NCBI GenBank assembly: GCA_041946805.1
Contig: JBHGBC010000001.1
Location: 135,588 to 199,587 of the forward strand
Source: a bacterium
Lineage (GTDB): Bacteria > Hinthialibacterota > Hinthialibacteria > Hinthialibacterales > Hinthialibacteraceae
Reading direction: 5' to 3'
DNA: 64,000 nt
Shown here: in pieces, positions 38,410 to 48,950 of the stretch
How positions within the stretch are numbered: position 1 is the stretch's first letter
Layout of the letters: each line of letters starts with the position of its first letter
Position numbers and translations under genes: made by a program
The notes under the pieces: generated by a model
Told to the model about the DNA's origin: nothing
What the model saw: the letters and a program-made list of their open reading frames with translations, nothing else
Database searches by the model: none

Positions 38410-38925
38410 TCACTTGGATTTCTGCCGAATGATCCGCAGATACCGTTCGATCTGATCGATGTGGCAAAGGTCGTGGCCGGCCTCCATGCGCAGCATGGTG
38501 TCCAACGTTTCCAGGCCGCGTTCGCGATGCCGCCCGGCGCGGTTCAAATCCGCGGGAGTCAATTGTTTCCACAAATACAGATTGCATTCCCGCAGCAGCC
38601 GGAAATACTTGACCCATTCGGCCGGTTCCCGCTCGTTATGCCGTTGGCGCGCCACCCACAGGTCCTGATCGAAGCCTACAATGTCCGGTTCATCCTGGCA
38701 ATAGATGAAACGCAGCCGCGTCCCCGTTACCAGTTCCACATCCACCAGGTGGCCGAGGATCTCGTTGGGAGTCCATTTGTCATCATACGCCCGGGTTTTA
38801 AGAATCTGGGCGGGATGCTCCGCCGCGATCTTCCCCAGAATCCCGGTGGTCTGGCTCAACACGTCGATAGGGTCGCGGTCCCCCAGAAATTCGTACATCC
38901 GGCGCTGATAGGCCTGCGCGTCCAT
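38410..38925 (-). CDS. DinB family protein
   Basis: KWTPNEILGHLVD and AGHDLCHIDQI His motifs. Confidence 0.85.
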   Translation of the reverse strand: MDAQAYQRRMYEFLGDRDPIDVLSQTTGILGKIAAEHPAQILKTRAYDDKWTPNEILGHLVDVELVTGTRLRFIYCQDEPDIVGFDQDLWVARQRHNEREPAEWVKYFRLLRECNLYLWKQLTPADLNRAGRHRERGLETLDTMLRMEAGHDLCHIDQIERYLRIIRQKSK

Positions 38926-39245
38926 AAGCGGTCCTCCTTTGGGACATCCGGGCCGGGAACGCGGGAAGCGAGGAGGCGATGTTGATTTCCCGGCTATATG
39001 GATATCGTGGGTAAGCCTAGCGTAACTCACCCTCGATAACCTTTCTTTTCTCCTCCCTCTCCCTCTGGGAGAGGGCCGGGGTGAGGGAAAAACCGATGGA
39101 ACGCGGCATCGTCGCGGGTACATATCCCGCCGCCGCGCTGGCCATTCACCTCATATCATAGGAGCGCGTGGCCCCCGTGCCCCTGCGAAACCAACGGCTT
39201 CCGGTTGAGGTAGACACCCGCCTGCCGCCCATCCTATCCCCAGTC

Positions 39246-40031
39246 TCAGATTTGCGAGAAGGCCGTGGGGCGCAGGATGTAGTCGGTGATGTTGGAGACC
39301 GTGTCCTTGTATTCCCCCTTGCCGCTCAAGGCCTTCCAATCGGGATCGGAGCCGAACACGCTCCACTGCTTGTTGCGGTGCTCGATATTTTCGAAACAGA
39401 GCATGTAGGTCAGGTTGGGCATGCGCGGGCCCACCAGCGTCTCGCCGAAGAAGACGGGATTCAGGCCGGTTTTGCGGAAGATGGCGATCTCGCCCCCTTC
39501 GTTGAACATCTCGATCTTTTTCTGGCCGAATTTCGCGCTGTGGCTTTCATAGGTGCGCATTTCGAAAATGCGCGATTTTTTGGCCGTGGCGAAATCCGGC
39601 AGTTCGATCTTGGGCATGTGGCTGAAGGCCCGCATGAGGGAACTCTCCACGCGGACATAGGCCGGATCCGCGAACGGCGCGTTGAGGAAGGCTTCCCCGG
39701 CCTTCTGGTATTCGGCGTCGGCGGCGAGTTTTCCAGGCGTGGTGAGCAGCGATTCCAGCGAGGGATGGGGAATGAGCACAAACAAGGTTGGCTTGCTGGG
39801 CCCGTAGACGGTTTCGAACACCCCGACGGGCTGGATGCCCAGGCGGTTCAACGCGGGGATGGCGGCATTTTTGTAAAAATCCGCCGTGGCGTTCTTCTGG
39901 GCGCCGGTGGGCAGGTGGTATTGGCGGAGTTCGTAAAACTCCTGCGCGCGGTCTTCTCCGGCGGCGGCGATCGACTGCAACGAAGCGGCGGCGGCCAGTG
40001 ACGAAACGGTGACAAATTGACGACGGTCCAT
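39246..40031 (-). CDS. Tat-exported NIPSNAP family protein
   Basis: DRRQFV Tat motif; FYELRQY and IFEMRTYES repeats, PNLTYML. Confidence 0.88.
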   Translation of the reverse strand: MDRRQFVTVSSLAAAASLQSIAAAGEDRAQEFYELRQYHLPTGAQKNATADFYKNAAIPALNRLGIQPVGVFETVYGPSKPTLFVLIPHPSLESLLTTPGKLAADAEYQKAGEAFLNAPFADPAYVRVESSLMRAFSHMPKIELPDFATAKKSRIFEMRTYESHSAKFGQKKIEMFNEGGEIAIFRKTGLNPVFFGETLVGPRMPNLTYMLCFENIEHRNKQWSVFGSDPDWKALSGKGEYKDTVSNITDYILRPTAFSQI

Positions 40032-40297
40032 GATTTACCCTCCTAGGCATTTTCCAATGGGATCTGGATGTTCACTTTACGCTGGTTTATGGTTGGATCA
40101 GAATAATGAAATTTGGCTCATCCAGCAAGTGCGTACCTTTTCTTAAGAAGGCGATCGTTTTCCAATGGATCAGGCGAGAGAGAACTACCCCAACTTCCCT
40201 CTCCCTCCGGGAGAGGGCCAGGGTGAGGGTTGCCCTGAAAGAACGCGATTTTTCTTTTCTCTGGAATCAAGTAAATAGTTGCCAAGGGAGAACTTAT

Positions 40298-41590
40298 ATG
40301 TTCGACAAGCGTTTCGGGTATTGGATTTTATGGATTGGTGTATTGGCTGGTTTTGGGACGCCCGTGTCTCAAGGATTGTCAGAAAGCGAACGGCAGGAAG
40401 GCTTTGTTCCGCTGTTCAACGGGCGCGATCTCTCGGGATGGCATGTCATGGGCAACGAAAGCGCCTGGGTGATCGAGGACGGCGTCCTGCACGCGCTGCC
40501 GGGGCTGGGTGGAGGCTTTATCCAATCGGAAGGCTCGTATGAAAATTTCATCCTGAGGCTGGAATACAAAAACGGTCCGAACGCCAATAGCGGAGTCTTT
40601 TTCCATATCCCCCAGCACGGCCGGCAATCCCGGGTAGGCGGGGAAATCCAGATTCATGACAGTTACGGCAAGGAACCCACCCTGTCCAGCGCCGGCGCGT
40701 TGTATGACAAGGTTCCACCCCTCACCATCGCCTGCCGCCCCGCAGGGGAATGGAACGAAATGGAAATCTGGTACGAGCATCCCCGGCTGAAAGTGACGCT
40801 CAACGGAACCGTGGTGCAGGACCTCGATGTCAGCCAGGATGAGCGCGTCCGCTGGCGCAAGCGCTTCGGACCGATCGGCCTGCAGGAACACGGCAACCAC
40901 GCCTGGTTCCGCAATGTCCGGATCAAGGATCTCGGCGGCACGGACCAGGCCTCCTGGATTCCCTTGTTCAACGGCAAGAATCTGGACGGCTGGCGCAAGG
41001 CCGGCGACGCCAATTGGATCGTTCAACCCAGCCGCACGATTATCGAAATCGAGAATAACGGGGCCGATGGGTCCATCGATTTTCCCAAACGGCTCGAACG
41101 GTGGAACGTCCTGGGCGGCGCGCAATGGAAAATTCAGGAATCCAGCGTTGTGGGTGAATATGGGCAGGGATTTCTGGTCTCCGGCGCGCAATACAAGGAC
41201 TTCCACCTGTGGGCGTATGTCAAAACCAGCCCGGAAGCGATCGGGGGGATCTGGATCCGCTGGAACGGCGAGAGCGATCCCGGAATCCTGGTCACCCTGC
41301 TCAACGACCGGCACGAGAAGCACAAGACGGGCAGCCTCGTCACTCTGGGACGCAGTGTGAACGATGTCAACATCCTGGCGGCGGCGGATGGGAAATACAC
41401 GCGGGACGAGGAATGGTTCCCCATCCAGATCATCGCCCAAGGCGGCCGGACCACGGTGGTGGTCAACGGAGCGGTCGTGGCGAAATACGATCAAACCCCG
41501 GACCGGCCGGGAAACATCGCGCTCAGTGTGTTCACCCGTAGCGATACCCATATCAACCTGCGGGATGTGCGGATTCAAGAGTTGAAATAA
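40298..41590 (+). CDS. Tandem DUF1080 (3-keto-disaccharide hydrolase) protein
   Basis: Two LFNGxxLxGW domains; NSGVFF, EIQIHD, GEWNEMEI and IGLQEH..FRNVRIK. Confidence 0.88.
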   Translation: MFDKRFGYWILWIGVLAGFGTPVSQGLSESERQEGFVPLFNGRDLSGWHVMGNESAWVIEDGVLHALPGLGGGFIQSEGSYENFILRLEYKNGPNANSGVFFHIPQHGRQSRVGGEIQIHDSYGKEPTLSSAGALYDKVPPLTIACRPAGEWNEMEIWYEHPRLKVTLNGTVVQDLDVSQDERVRWRKRFGPIGLQEHGNHAWFRNVRIKDLGGTDQASWIPLFNGKNLDGWRKAGDANWIVQPSRTIIEIENNGADGSIDFPKRLERWNVLGGAQWKIQESSVVGEYGQGFLVSGAQYKDFHLWAYVKTSPEAIGGIWIRWNGESDPGILVTLLNDRHEKHKTGSLVTLGRSVNDVNILAAADGKYTRDEEWFPIQIIAQGGRTTVVVNGAVVAKYDQTPDRPGNIALSVFTRSDTHINLRDVRIQELK

Positions 41591-41842
41591 GACCGATATT
41601 TGCGTTATTCAGCGCGGAGACGCAGAGGGCGCGGAGGAGGATTCGAATTCGGACTGCGAAAGAGTCATTGGGCAGGAATGAAACCCCGCCGGGGAACCAC
41701 TGGAGTAGCCGCAGGTTTTAACCTACGGTGTGGAATTCGGATTTTTGAATAGAAATAGAGTAATAAAGATGGGGCACGTGGCGGCGCGCCCCTGCGAATG
41801 TAGACCAAGGGATTGGCAGGGCAAACCGGGAGGATAGATATT

Positions 41843-42742
41843 TCACCCGGCCACCAGCGCGGGTTTGCGGTTGGCCTCGCGGACCCGCAAGGCAATCTGG
41901 TTCAACCACATATGCTTCAGCAACGGTTTGAGCACGTCCCGGAGTTTGGGGCGTTCGATGATCATATCGATCATGCCGTGCTGGAGCAGGAATTCGGAGC
42001 TTTGGAAGCCATCCGGCAGGCATTGGCCGATGGTCTGCTCGATGACCCGGGGGCCGGCGAAACCGATCAGGGCCTTTGGTTCGGCGAGGATGACGTCGCC
42101 TAAAGCGGCGAAGCTGGCGGCCACGCCACCCATGGTGGGGTTGGCGATAATGGAGATATAAGGGATTCCGTGTTGCTTCAGGCGGCTGATGGCGGCGCTG
42201 GTCTTGGCCATCTGCATGAGGGAAAGCATGCCTTCGTGCATGCGCGCTCCGCCGCCGCCGGTGGAGACGATCACGAGGGGCAGTTCATCGTTCAGGCAGC
42301 GTTCCGCCGCGCGGGTGATCTTTTCCCCCACCACCGAGCCCATGCTGCCGCCCATGAACGAAAAATCCAGCACCGTCAAAATCACGGGAACGCCGTGAAT
42401 TTCGCCGCGGCCGGTCACCGCCGCCTCGTGGCGGCCCGTGGTTTTTTGCGCTTTGATTAACTTTTCTTCGTAACCATCGAAATCCAGGGGATTGCGCGAG
42501 GCGAGGGAGGCATCGAATTCCTCAAAGGTTCCCTCGTCGATAAGGCTGTTCAACCGGTCTTCGACGGGAAGAACGTAGTAGTGATTGCAGCGGGGGCAAA
42601 TGAACAGATTGCGCTTGATTTCTTCGCTGGTGATATATTGATCACATCCCTCGCATTTACGCCAAATCCCTTTAGGGATATCCACCTTTTTTTCCTGTTT
42701 GTTGATCGTGGTAAAGACCTTTTTCTTCCGGAACCACACCAC
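41843..42742 (-). CDS. accD: Acetyl-CoA carboxylase carboxyltransferase beta subunit
   Basis: WRKCEGC..CPRC zinc finger, FMGGSMGSVVGEKI, GGARMHEG and IGFAGPRVIEQT; GTG start inferred after GGAGG. Confidence 0.93.
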   Translation of the reverse strand: MVWFRKKKVFTTINKQEKKVDIPKGIWRKCEGCDQYITSEEIKRNLFICPRCNHYYVLPVEDRLNSLIDEGTFEEFDASLASRNPLDFDGYEEKLIKAQKTTGRHEAAVTGRGEIHGVPVILTVLDFSFMGGSMGSVVGEKITRAAERCLNDELPLVIVSTGGGGARMHEGMLSLMQMAKTSAAISRLKQHGIPYISIIANPTMGGVAASFAALGDVILAEPKALIGFAGPRVIEQTIGQCLPDGFQSSEFLLQHGMIDMIIERPKLRDVLKPLLKHMWLNQIALRVREANRKPALVAG

Positions 42743-42849
42743 AGCGACTCCTCCACAGCATTCCAATTCCAGAAAACTGGATCAGAAGATGCGCGCAACT
42801 TGGTAACTTTACCCTTTTTTTCAGAAAACGGAATGCCAGTATGGGGAAT

Positions 42850-43692
42850 TTATTCCCCCTTCCGCGGCTTCCCGTGCAGAACATCCACGAAGGGGCGCAG
42901 GAAGCGGGCGGCGGCGCGCTCATGTAATTGGGTGGTTTCCTCGATCAGGCGGACCACGGCGCTGCCGATGACCACTCCGTCCGCGTGCCGGGCGATCTGG
43001 GCGGCCTGTTCGGCATTGGACACGCCGAATCCCACCGCCACCGGCAGGGAAGCCAACTCCCGGATCCGGCGCAAATTGTCCGTCAGATCGGCGGCGATGT
43101 CCCGCTGCTCGCCGGTGACGCCGGTGCGCGAGACATAATAGAGGAATCCCCGGGCCTGGGCGGCGATGGACCGCACCCGCTCTTCCGTGCTGGTGGGGGC
43201 AATCAGATAAACCAGCGCCAGACCTTCGCGGTCCAGCGCCCGTTGGAAATCGGCGGCCTCTTCCACGGGCAGATCGGGCACGATCACGCCGTCCACCCCG
43301 GCCTGGAAAGCGTCGCGGGCGAAGGCGTCCAAGCCGTAATTGAAGAACAGATTGTAATATGTCATGATGATGAGGGGCGTGTTGATATCCAGCCGCAGTT
43401 CTTCCACTAGGCCGAGCACTTTTTTGAGCGTGACGCCTTGGCGCAAGGCCCGTTCGCCGGCCCGCTGGATCACGGGGCCATCGGCGAGGGGATCGGAAAA
43501 CGGCATGCCCAACTCGATCAGATCCACTCCGATTCCTGACAGGGATTTCACGATTTTCCCCGTCGTACCCAGGTCGGGATCGCCGGCCATGATGTAGGGG
43601 ATCAGGGCTTTGCCCCCCTCGTTTTTCCGTATTTGAAAGGCATGAGCGATGGCTTCCATGCCCCGCCGGACACCGATAAAAGAACGGTTCAT
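42850..43692 (-). CDS. trpA: Tryptophan synthase alpha chain
   Basis: [31 protein letters not shown] and DGVVIGSA. Confidence 0.96.
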   Translation of the reverse strand: MNRSFIGVRRGMEAIAHAFQIRKNEGGKALIPYIMAGDPDLGTTGKIVKSLSGIGVDLIELGMPFSDPLADGPVIQRAGERALRQGVTLKKVLGLVEELRLDINTPLIIMTYYNLFFNYGLDAFARDAFQAGVDGVIVPDLPVEEAADFQRALDREGLALVYLIAPTSTEERVRSIAAQARGFLYYVSRTGVTGEQRDIAADLTDNLRRIRELASLPVAVGFGVSNAEQAAQIARHADGVVIGSAVVRLIEETTQLHERAAARFLRPFVDVLHGKPRKGE

Positions 43693-44915
43693 TGAATCAC
43701 TCCCTCCAGGTATTTGGATGCGGCCTCGACATCCTTGTCCCCCCGGCCCGAAAGGTTGATCAGAATGTGGGCCTCCGGGCTGAGCGTGGGGGCCAGTTTC
43801 ATGGCATGCGCCACCGCATGGGCCGACTCCAACGCGGGAATGATACCCTCCAGGCGGGACAGCGTGGTGAAGGCCTCCAGCGCCTCCTGGTCGGTAATGG
43901 CCACATACGTGGCGCGGCCGGTGTCCTTATAGAAGCAATGCTCCGGCCCGACGCCCGGGTAGTCCAGACCGGCCGATATGGAATGCGCCAGCGCGATTTG
44001 CCCGTCCGGGTTTTGGAGCAAGTACGATTTGGAGCCGTGCAGGACACCCACCCGCCCCGCGCAGAGCGAAGCCGCGTGCTGGCCGGTCTGAATGCCGCGT
44101 CCGGCGGCTTCCACGCCGATGAAGCGGACGTTTTTATCCTCATAAAAGGGATAAAACAGCCCCATGGCGTTGCTGCCTCCCCCGACGCAGGCAATGAGAT
44201 AATCGGGCAATCGGCCCACCCGCTCCAAAAATTGTTGCCGGGCCTCGACGCCGATCACTTTTTGGAACTCGCGGACCAGTTTGGGATAGGGATGGGGGCC
44301 GGCCACGGAACCGATGACGTAATAGGTCGTGCGGACGTTCGTAACCCAGTCGCGCATGGCCTCGTTCATGGCGTCCTTGAGGGTCTGGGAACCGCTGCTC
44401 ACGGGAACCACACGCGCGCCCATCAGTTTCATGCGAAAAACGTTCAGCCGCTGCCGGACGGTGTCTTCCTCCCCCATGTACACGGCGCACTCCAAGCCGA
44501 AGAGAGCGGCCGCGGTGGCCGTGGCCACGCCGTGCTGGCCCGCGCCGGTTTCGGCGATGACCCGCTTTTTGCCCATGCGGTTGGCCAACAGAATCTGCGC
44601 CAGCGTGTTGTTGATCTTGTGCGCGCCGGTGTGGGTAAGGTCCTCCCGCTTGAGGTAGATCCGCGCCCCGCCTAGTTCCTCACTCAGACGGCGGGCGTAA
44701 TAGAGGGGCGTGGGCCGGCCCGCGTATTCTTTATACGCGAACCGCAGATCCTCTTGAAACCGGGGATCCCGGAGCGCGTCATCGAACGCCTCCTCCAATT
44801 CCAACAAGGCCGGCATCAAGGTTTCGGGAACAAAACGGCCGCCGAATCCGCCGAACCGTCCCTGCGCGTCAGGAACGGCGGTCACTCCGGCCGCCGGGGA
44901 GATATCGAGTGCCAT
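43689..44915 (-). CDS. trpB: Tryptophan synthase beta chain
   Basis: [38 protein letters not shown] and NLSGRGDKD. Confidence 0.97.
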   Translation of the reverse strand: MALDISPAAGVTAVPDAQGRFGGFGGRFVPETLMPALLELEEAFDDALRDPRFQEDLRFAYKEYAGRPTPLYYARRLSEELGGARIYLKREDLTHTGAHKINNTLAQILLANRMGKKRVIAETGAGQHGVATATAAALFGLECAVYMGEEDTVRQRLNVFRMKLMGARVVPVSSGSQTLKDAMNEAMRDWVTNVRTTYYVIGSVAGPHPYPKLVREFQKVIGVEARQQFLERVGRLPDYLIACVGGGSNAMGLFYPFYEDKNVRFIGVEAAGRGIQTGQHAASLCAGRVGVLHGSKSYLLQNPDGQIALAHSISAGLDYPGVGPEHCFYKDTGRATYVAITDQEALEAFTTLSRLEGIIPALESAHAVAHAMKLAPTLSPEAHILINLSGRGDKDVEAASKYLEGVIQ

Positions 44916-45415
44916 GATATTTTACCTAACCTTATCGAAATGAAATGGTTGTTGAATTTTCCCGAAAACCTACCCGCAACCGAACCGCCCTTCGCTGGAT
45001 GGTTTCCATCACTATCATCCCCGCGCCAGCGGGGATCCAGGATTGCCCACGCCGCCCACGGATTAATCCCAAAGATTATACCTTGCACCTCCGGGGCGCG
45101 TTGCAGCGTGCCCCGGCCTAAGCCGAGGTATCCACTATCCTGAATTGAGACAGTTGCATAATAGACTACCCTGTCTCTTATCCAAACCACTAAAGATAGA
45201 TAAATTCCGCTGGCCGTTTCCAATTTCCCCCCTCTCCAGGAAGTATTGAATTCCCATAAAACCCTGTCAAGATGCAACCAGTGGGCCAAAGTCCGGCGTC
45301 GGACCTCCACCGGGCCACTTTCCTTGGAGGAGTATTGAATCTTCTGGGATGGAAACCGGAAAAGGGTAGCCTGCCAAGAAAATGATCTTGACACACCGCC
45401 CGCTTACGATGAAGA

Positions 45416-46192
45416 ATGGATACAACCATGAAAGTCTACAACCATCTTGCGGAAGTTTATGACTACTTCATCGACTGGGACGAGCGGATCAAACGGGAAG
45501 ATCCATTCTTCCAACACCTGTTCCGCGAACGGCTGGGGACTTCGATCCTCGACCTGGGCTGCGCCACCGGCGGCCACGCCCTCCATTGGTCGGAAATGGG
45601 GTACAACGTGTTGGGGCTCGATAGTTCCGCGGACATGATCGAGCATGCCCGCCGCCGGGGAGAAGAGCACGAGCTGGACATCGAGTTTCTCTGCCTGCCG
45701 TTCACCGATTTCGCCTCGCGCCTGCAACTGCAGTTCGATGCTGTAGTGTGCGTGGGCAACAATCTATCGCATCTGCTGGATCCGCCAGCGGTCCAGCGCC
45801 TCTTCTCCGAAACGGTGAAGGCTATGAAGGAAACGGGCGTGGCTGTTTTCCACCTGCTCAATTACCAACGGATTTTGGAGTTCAACAAGCGCGATTTTCC
45901 CGTCCGCAGCACGACGGTGGGAGATAAAGAATACGTATTTATACGTTTCTACGAGTTTCGACCGGAGCAATTGGATTTTCATTTTGTCGTGGCGGTCAAG
46001 GACCAAGGGAACTGGACCTCCCGCGGTTACGTGATGAAACATCACCCGTGGATGCAGGACGAACTGGTGGATTTGGCCAAGCAATCCGGATTCACGCAAA
46101 TCCTCTGCTACGGCGGTTACGATTTCTCCGATTTCAATCCCCGGGAAAGCAACGACCTTATCCTGGTGTGCGAAAGGGGGGACGTGGATTAG
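45416..46192 (+). CDS. Class I SAM-dependent methyltransferase
   Basis: ILDLGCATG, GLDSSADMI and FDAVVCVGNNL. Confidence 0.85.
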   Translation: MDTTMKVYNHLAEVYDYFIDWDERIKREDPFFQHLFRERLGTSILDLGCATGGHALHWSEMGYNVLGLDSSADMIEHARRRGEEHELDIEFLCLPFTDFASRLQLQFDAVVCVGNNLSHLLDPPAVQRLFSETVKAMKETGVAVFHLLNYQRILEFNKRDFPVRSTTVGDKEYVFIRFYEFRPEQLDFHFVVAVKDQGNWTSRGYVMKHHPWMQDELVDLAKQSGFTQILCYGGYDFSDFNPRESNDLILVCERGDVD

Positions 46193-46210
46193 GCTTTTGT
46201 TTTTTGGTTG

Positions 46211-46792
46211 TCACCCTATACCCGGCTCACATTCCACCCGGGCGAGCATGGCCTCCACGGCGTTTTTCACGAAACGCCCGGGGCCGGTTTGAACCGCAGC
46301 GGCCGAGGCGCAGGCGATGGCGAAGCGGTAGAGATCCGGTGTGTTCATCTCCTGCTTGAGGCCCAGGACGAGTCCGGCTACCAGAGTATCGCCACAGCCC
46401 ACCGTGTCTTTCACCTCACCGGGGTCCATCGGAACCCGTAACCGCCAGCCGGACGCGTGGTTCCCGGCGATCATTCCCCGCGCGCCCAGGGAAATCACGC
46501 CATGGGCCAGGCCGGGAAACTCAAGGATACGCCGCAGGGCTTCCCATTCCCGGGCTTCATCCTGGAGCACGAGGCCGGTCAATTCTTCGGCTTCCGTTTT
46601 GTTGGCTTTGACCACAAACGGGCCGGCGGCCATGCCCAAACGCAACGGGGGGCCACTGCTGTCCAAAAGGACCATCGCGCCTTTCGCGTTCGACAACGCG
46701 ATCAGTTCACGGTAGGCGTCTACCGGGAGGCCGGGAGCGATGCTGCCCGAGAAGACCAGAATGTCCCCGGAAGCGATTTGTTGTTCCAACAT
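46211..46792 (-). pseudogene. 5'-truncated 1-phosphofructokinase-family (PfkB) gene
   Basis: VFSGSIAPG, LDSSG, KAN..EAE and DTVGCGD are present but the N-terminal third is absent; in-frame stop in AT-rich DNA just upstream. Confidence 0.75.
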
Positions 46793-46890
46793 ATTGTCTA
46801 CATAATTATTTTATCATTTATATCTGATTTAATAAGACTTATAAAAATGACAAAACTGGCAAAATGCCAATCGGTAGCAAATCGGTAACG
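46793..46890. mobile_element. Putative attachment-site region at the left edge of an integrative island
   Basis: Abrupt AT-rich segment at the PfkB breakpoint; tandem AATCGGTA repeats at 46869 and 46880 resembling integrase arm sites. Confidence 0.45.
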
Positions 46891-47848
46891 CTTTATCCAG
46901 AAAAATAAAAATGCCAGGCAGCATCGGCTGAATCTTTTTTGGCACCATCACATCCTCATGGCCTCGATTTTGGCGAAAATTTTCGGGGCGCATTTAGTCG
47001 CTTGCTCGAGGCCGATCATCCCAAGGTTCTTGAATGAAGTTTTAAAGAAGCCATCATTCCCCGACAGTCCTCGAACTTTTCATCCGACGTTTACAGGGAA
47101 AAGGGCTACCGGAAAGAGGATTATTCCTTCCGGGTCCTCATGACCTGCCCCACGGAAGAAACGCGCAACACCTGCCTGGAACAGGCCTGCCCCTGGGCAG
47201 TAACACTATGATGAGGTTCGCGATGCACGTGGAAGCGCTTCAAGATCCCCTGGGTGCGGTCTTGGTGCGGGGCAAGGAGTACAAGAAGGCGTTGCTACGG
47301 GTTCCTCCGTCCACGACGCGGTAATGGCACAACGCAAACGACAAAAGCGCGCGTGACGCCTTTATTCGGCAATCCGTCCGCCGGATCTCCCTGCTGGAGT
47401 AACTCAACCGGAGATGGATCAATACCCTCGTGTCGTGAATGGCTCCGGATTTCCACCCAGGGCCTTTTACGTGACGTTCCCTAAAGAGGACTCTCAATGC
47501 GGAGAATCGCCGGGGGAATCCGTCATTGGGTAAGGGAAACTAGGGCGGGAGGTTTTCCCGCACCCTGATCCTCTTCCGGGAGTGAAGTGATGAGGCGATA
47601 CGGGTTTTCATCCTGGCAATATCCTGTTCATCTGTAGCATTCTGGGGATGTTGATTCGGACGAGGTTTCTGTAGCGGCCAGCGGCCGCCCAGTTTGAAGA
47701 CTTGAGCTTTATGAAATAATCCCTTAGCGGAGACATCCCTTCCTGATGGAGTAAAATAAATAATCCAAACTTTTATTCCAACCATCACAAGATGATTCAT
47801 TTCTAATCTTTAGATCCGCTGAAAGGGGGTGGTAAAATCCCACTGTTC

Positions 47849-48097
47849 TTACCGCCACACCACTCCTTTGACCATCTCGGCCTGGATGTCCGGGGTGACC
47901 TTCATGTACATACTCATGGTCACATAGACCAAGGCGTGGCCCAGCCGGGCGGAGATGACCTGGATGGGCACCCCCTGCTGGAGCAGGTGGACGGCCAGGC
48001 CGGGGCGGAACCTGTGGGGGTGGGTGTTCCGCAGGTCGGCCACCCCGGCGTAAGCCCGGAGCGTCTTCCAGATCCGCACCCGCCCGAAGTCCAACAA
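47849..48097 (-). pseudogene. Tyrosine recombinase/integrase C-terminal remnant
   Basis: HPHRFRP (degenerate HxxRH) and LGHA..TMSMY; N-terminal part missing. Confidence 0.8.
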
Positions 48098-48425
48098 CCT
48101 GAATAGCCGTTCATCCCTACCCGTCGGGTCCCGTTCGGGTGAGGATCCGACGGCGACGGATAGACGGTAGATGACTCCGGCAAGCCAGAAAGACTGAGGT
48201 GGCTTCGCCTCAAAAGCCGCGCCAGGCCAAGCCTGTCACGTATTTTGAAAGACTTCGCCGGTTGATCTTGCCCCTTCTTCAGGTCGCGAATGACCAAAAG
48301 AATGCCGTGGTATGGTTCGATAACCTGGAAGTCTACGATCCAGGAGAAGGGCAAAATTTCACCGGTGTGTTTTTCGGAGAAGGAAGTTCGCCCAACCAAA
48401 TTTTCGGGGCGAAGCCCCTTTTCTC

Positions 48426-48950
48426 TTAACGGCTCTTCATGGATCGAATACGTTTCTCGATTTCATCATTCGGCAGGAATACCGATGGATCAGCTTGCCA
48501 TAGTTTGAGTGCCGATATTAGCAATTTATCTTCGCAAATTTTCTCTGTTTTCAATTGATCTATGATCCATAGTACGCCATGCACTCTTAGGCTGTTTTGT
48601 ATTGCGACCTTTCGAAGAAGTGCATCTCCAGTGAGCAATATAGACTGACTATAATGGCGTGTTGCGATGAGACAGAAGCAGTCATTGGCCGAAAGTCCGG
48701 GATGAGCCAGTTTGACCTCGAATGCTTCCGCAGTGCGATTCGGCGCTAAGTCGAAGGTTTCCATACCGCCGTCATCGAGAAGTCGCCATTCCCGATCAGT
48801 AAAATCTAGCAGCTCCGAATGCCGGATGGGGTAAGGCACAATGAAGCGGTAGGGAAGCTTCAGCATCACATGCAGAAGTCTTCCTTTGCGAAGATCAATT
48901 AGGCTGGAAGCGTCATTAATAACAACACACTGTTTGATGGAAAGTGTCAC
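48426..48950 (-). CDS. PIN-domain protein
   Basis: VINDASSLIDL, LSANDCFCL, LLTGDALLR and VHGVLWII. Confidence 0.85.
   Translation of the reverse strand: MTLSIKQCVVINDASSLIDLRKGRLLHVMLKLPYRFIVPYPIRHSELLDFTDREWRLLDDGGMETFDLAPNRTAEAFEVKLAHPGLSANDCFCLIATRHYSQSILLTGDALLRKVAIQNSLRVHGVLWIIDQLKTEKICEDKLLISALKLWQADPSVFLPNDEIEKRIRSMKSR

Larger units (their letters stand above)
12643..45040. repeat. REP-like family TCATCCCCGCG..GCGGGGATCCAG (span first to last)
   Basis: Copies at 12643, 38295 (reverse) and 45015. Confidence 0.75.
2536..45116. repeat. GTAG-type REP-like hairpin family GGGGCACG..CGTGCCCC (span first to last)
   Basis: Copies at ~2536, 11281 (GTAGGGGCACGATGCAATGTGCCTCTAC), 39160, 41771 and 45091. 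Confidence 0.7.

Noticed and set aside
44916..45415. trp attenuator or T-box upstream of trpB
   Set aside because: No short tandem-Trp leader or T-box motif seen; the hairpins belong to REP families
46795..46822. Possible dif/Xer site (minus strand TAAATGATAA-AATAA-TTATGTAGACA)
   Set aside because: One arm resembles XerD TTATGT, but the ATAA/TTAT spacer is 5 bp rather than 6 and the other arm is poor; kept only as a generic att-like region
47100..47800. Short ORFs in the island's left part
   Set aside because: Frames are interrupted by stops and no family is recognisable; probably decayed sequence
48199..48429. 76-aa ORF with LLQVAN..WFDNLEVY
   Set aside because: Looks like a fragment of a larger beta-sandwich protein, but has no RBS or assignable family
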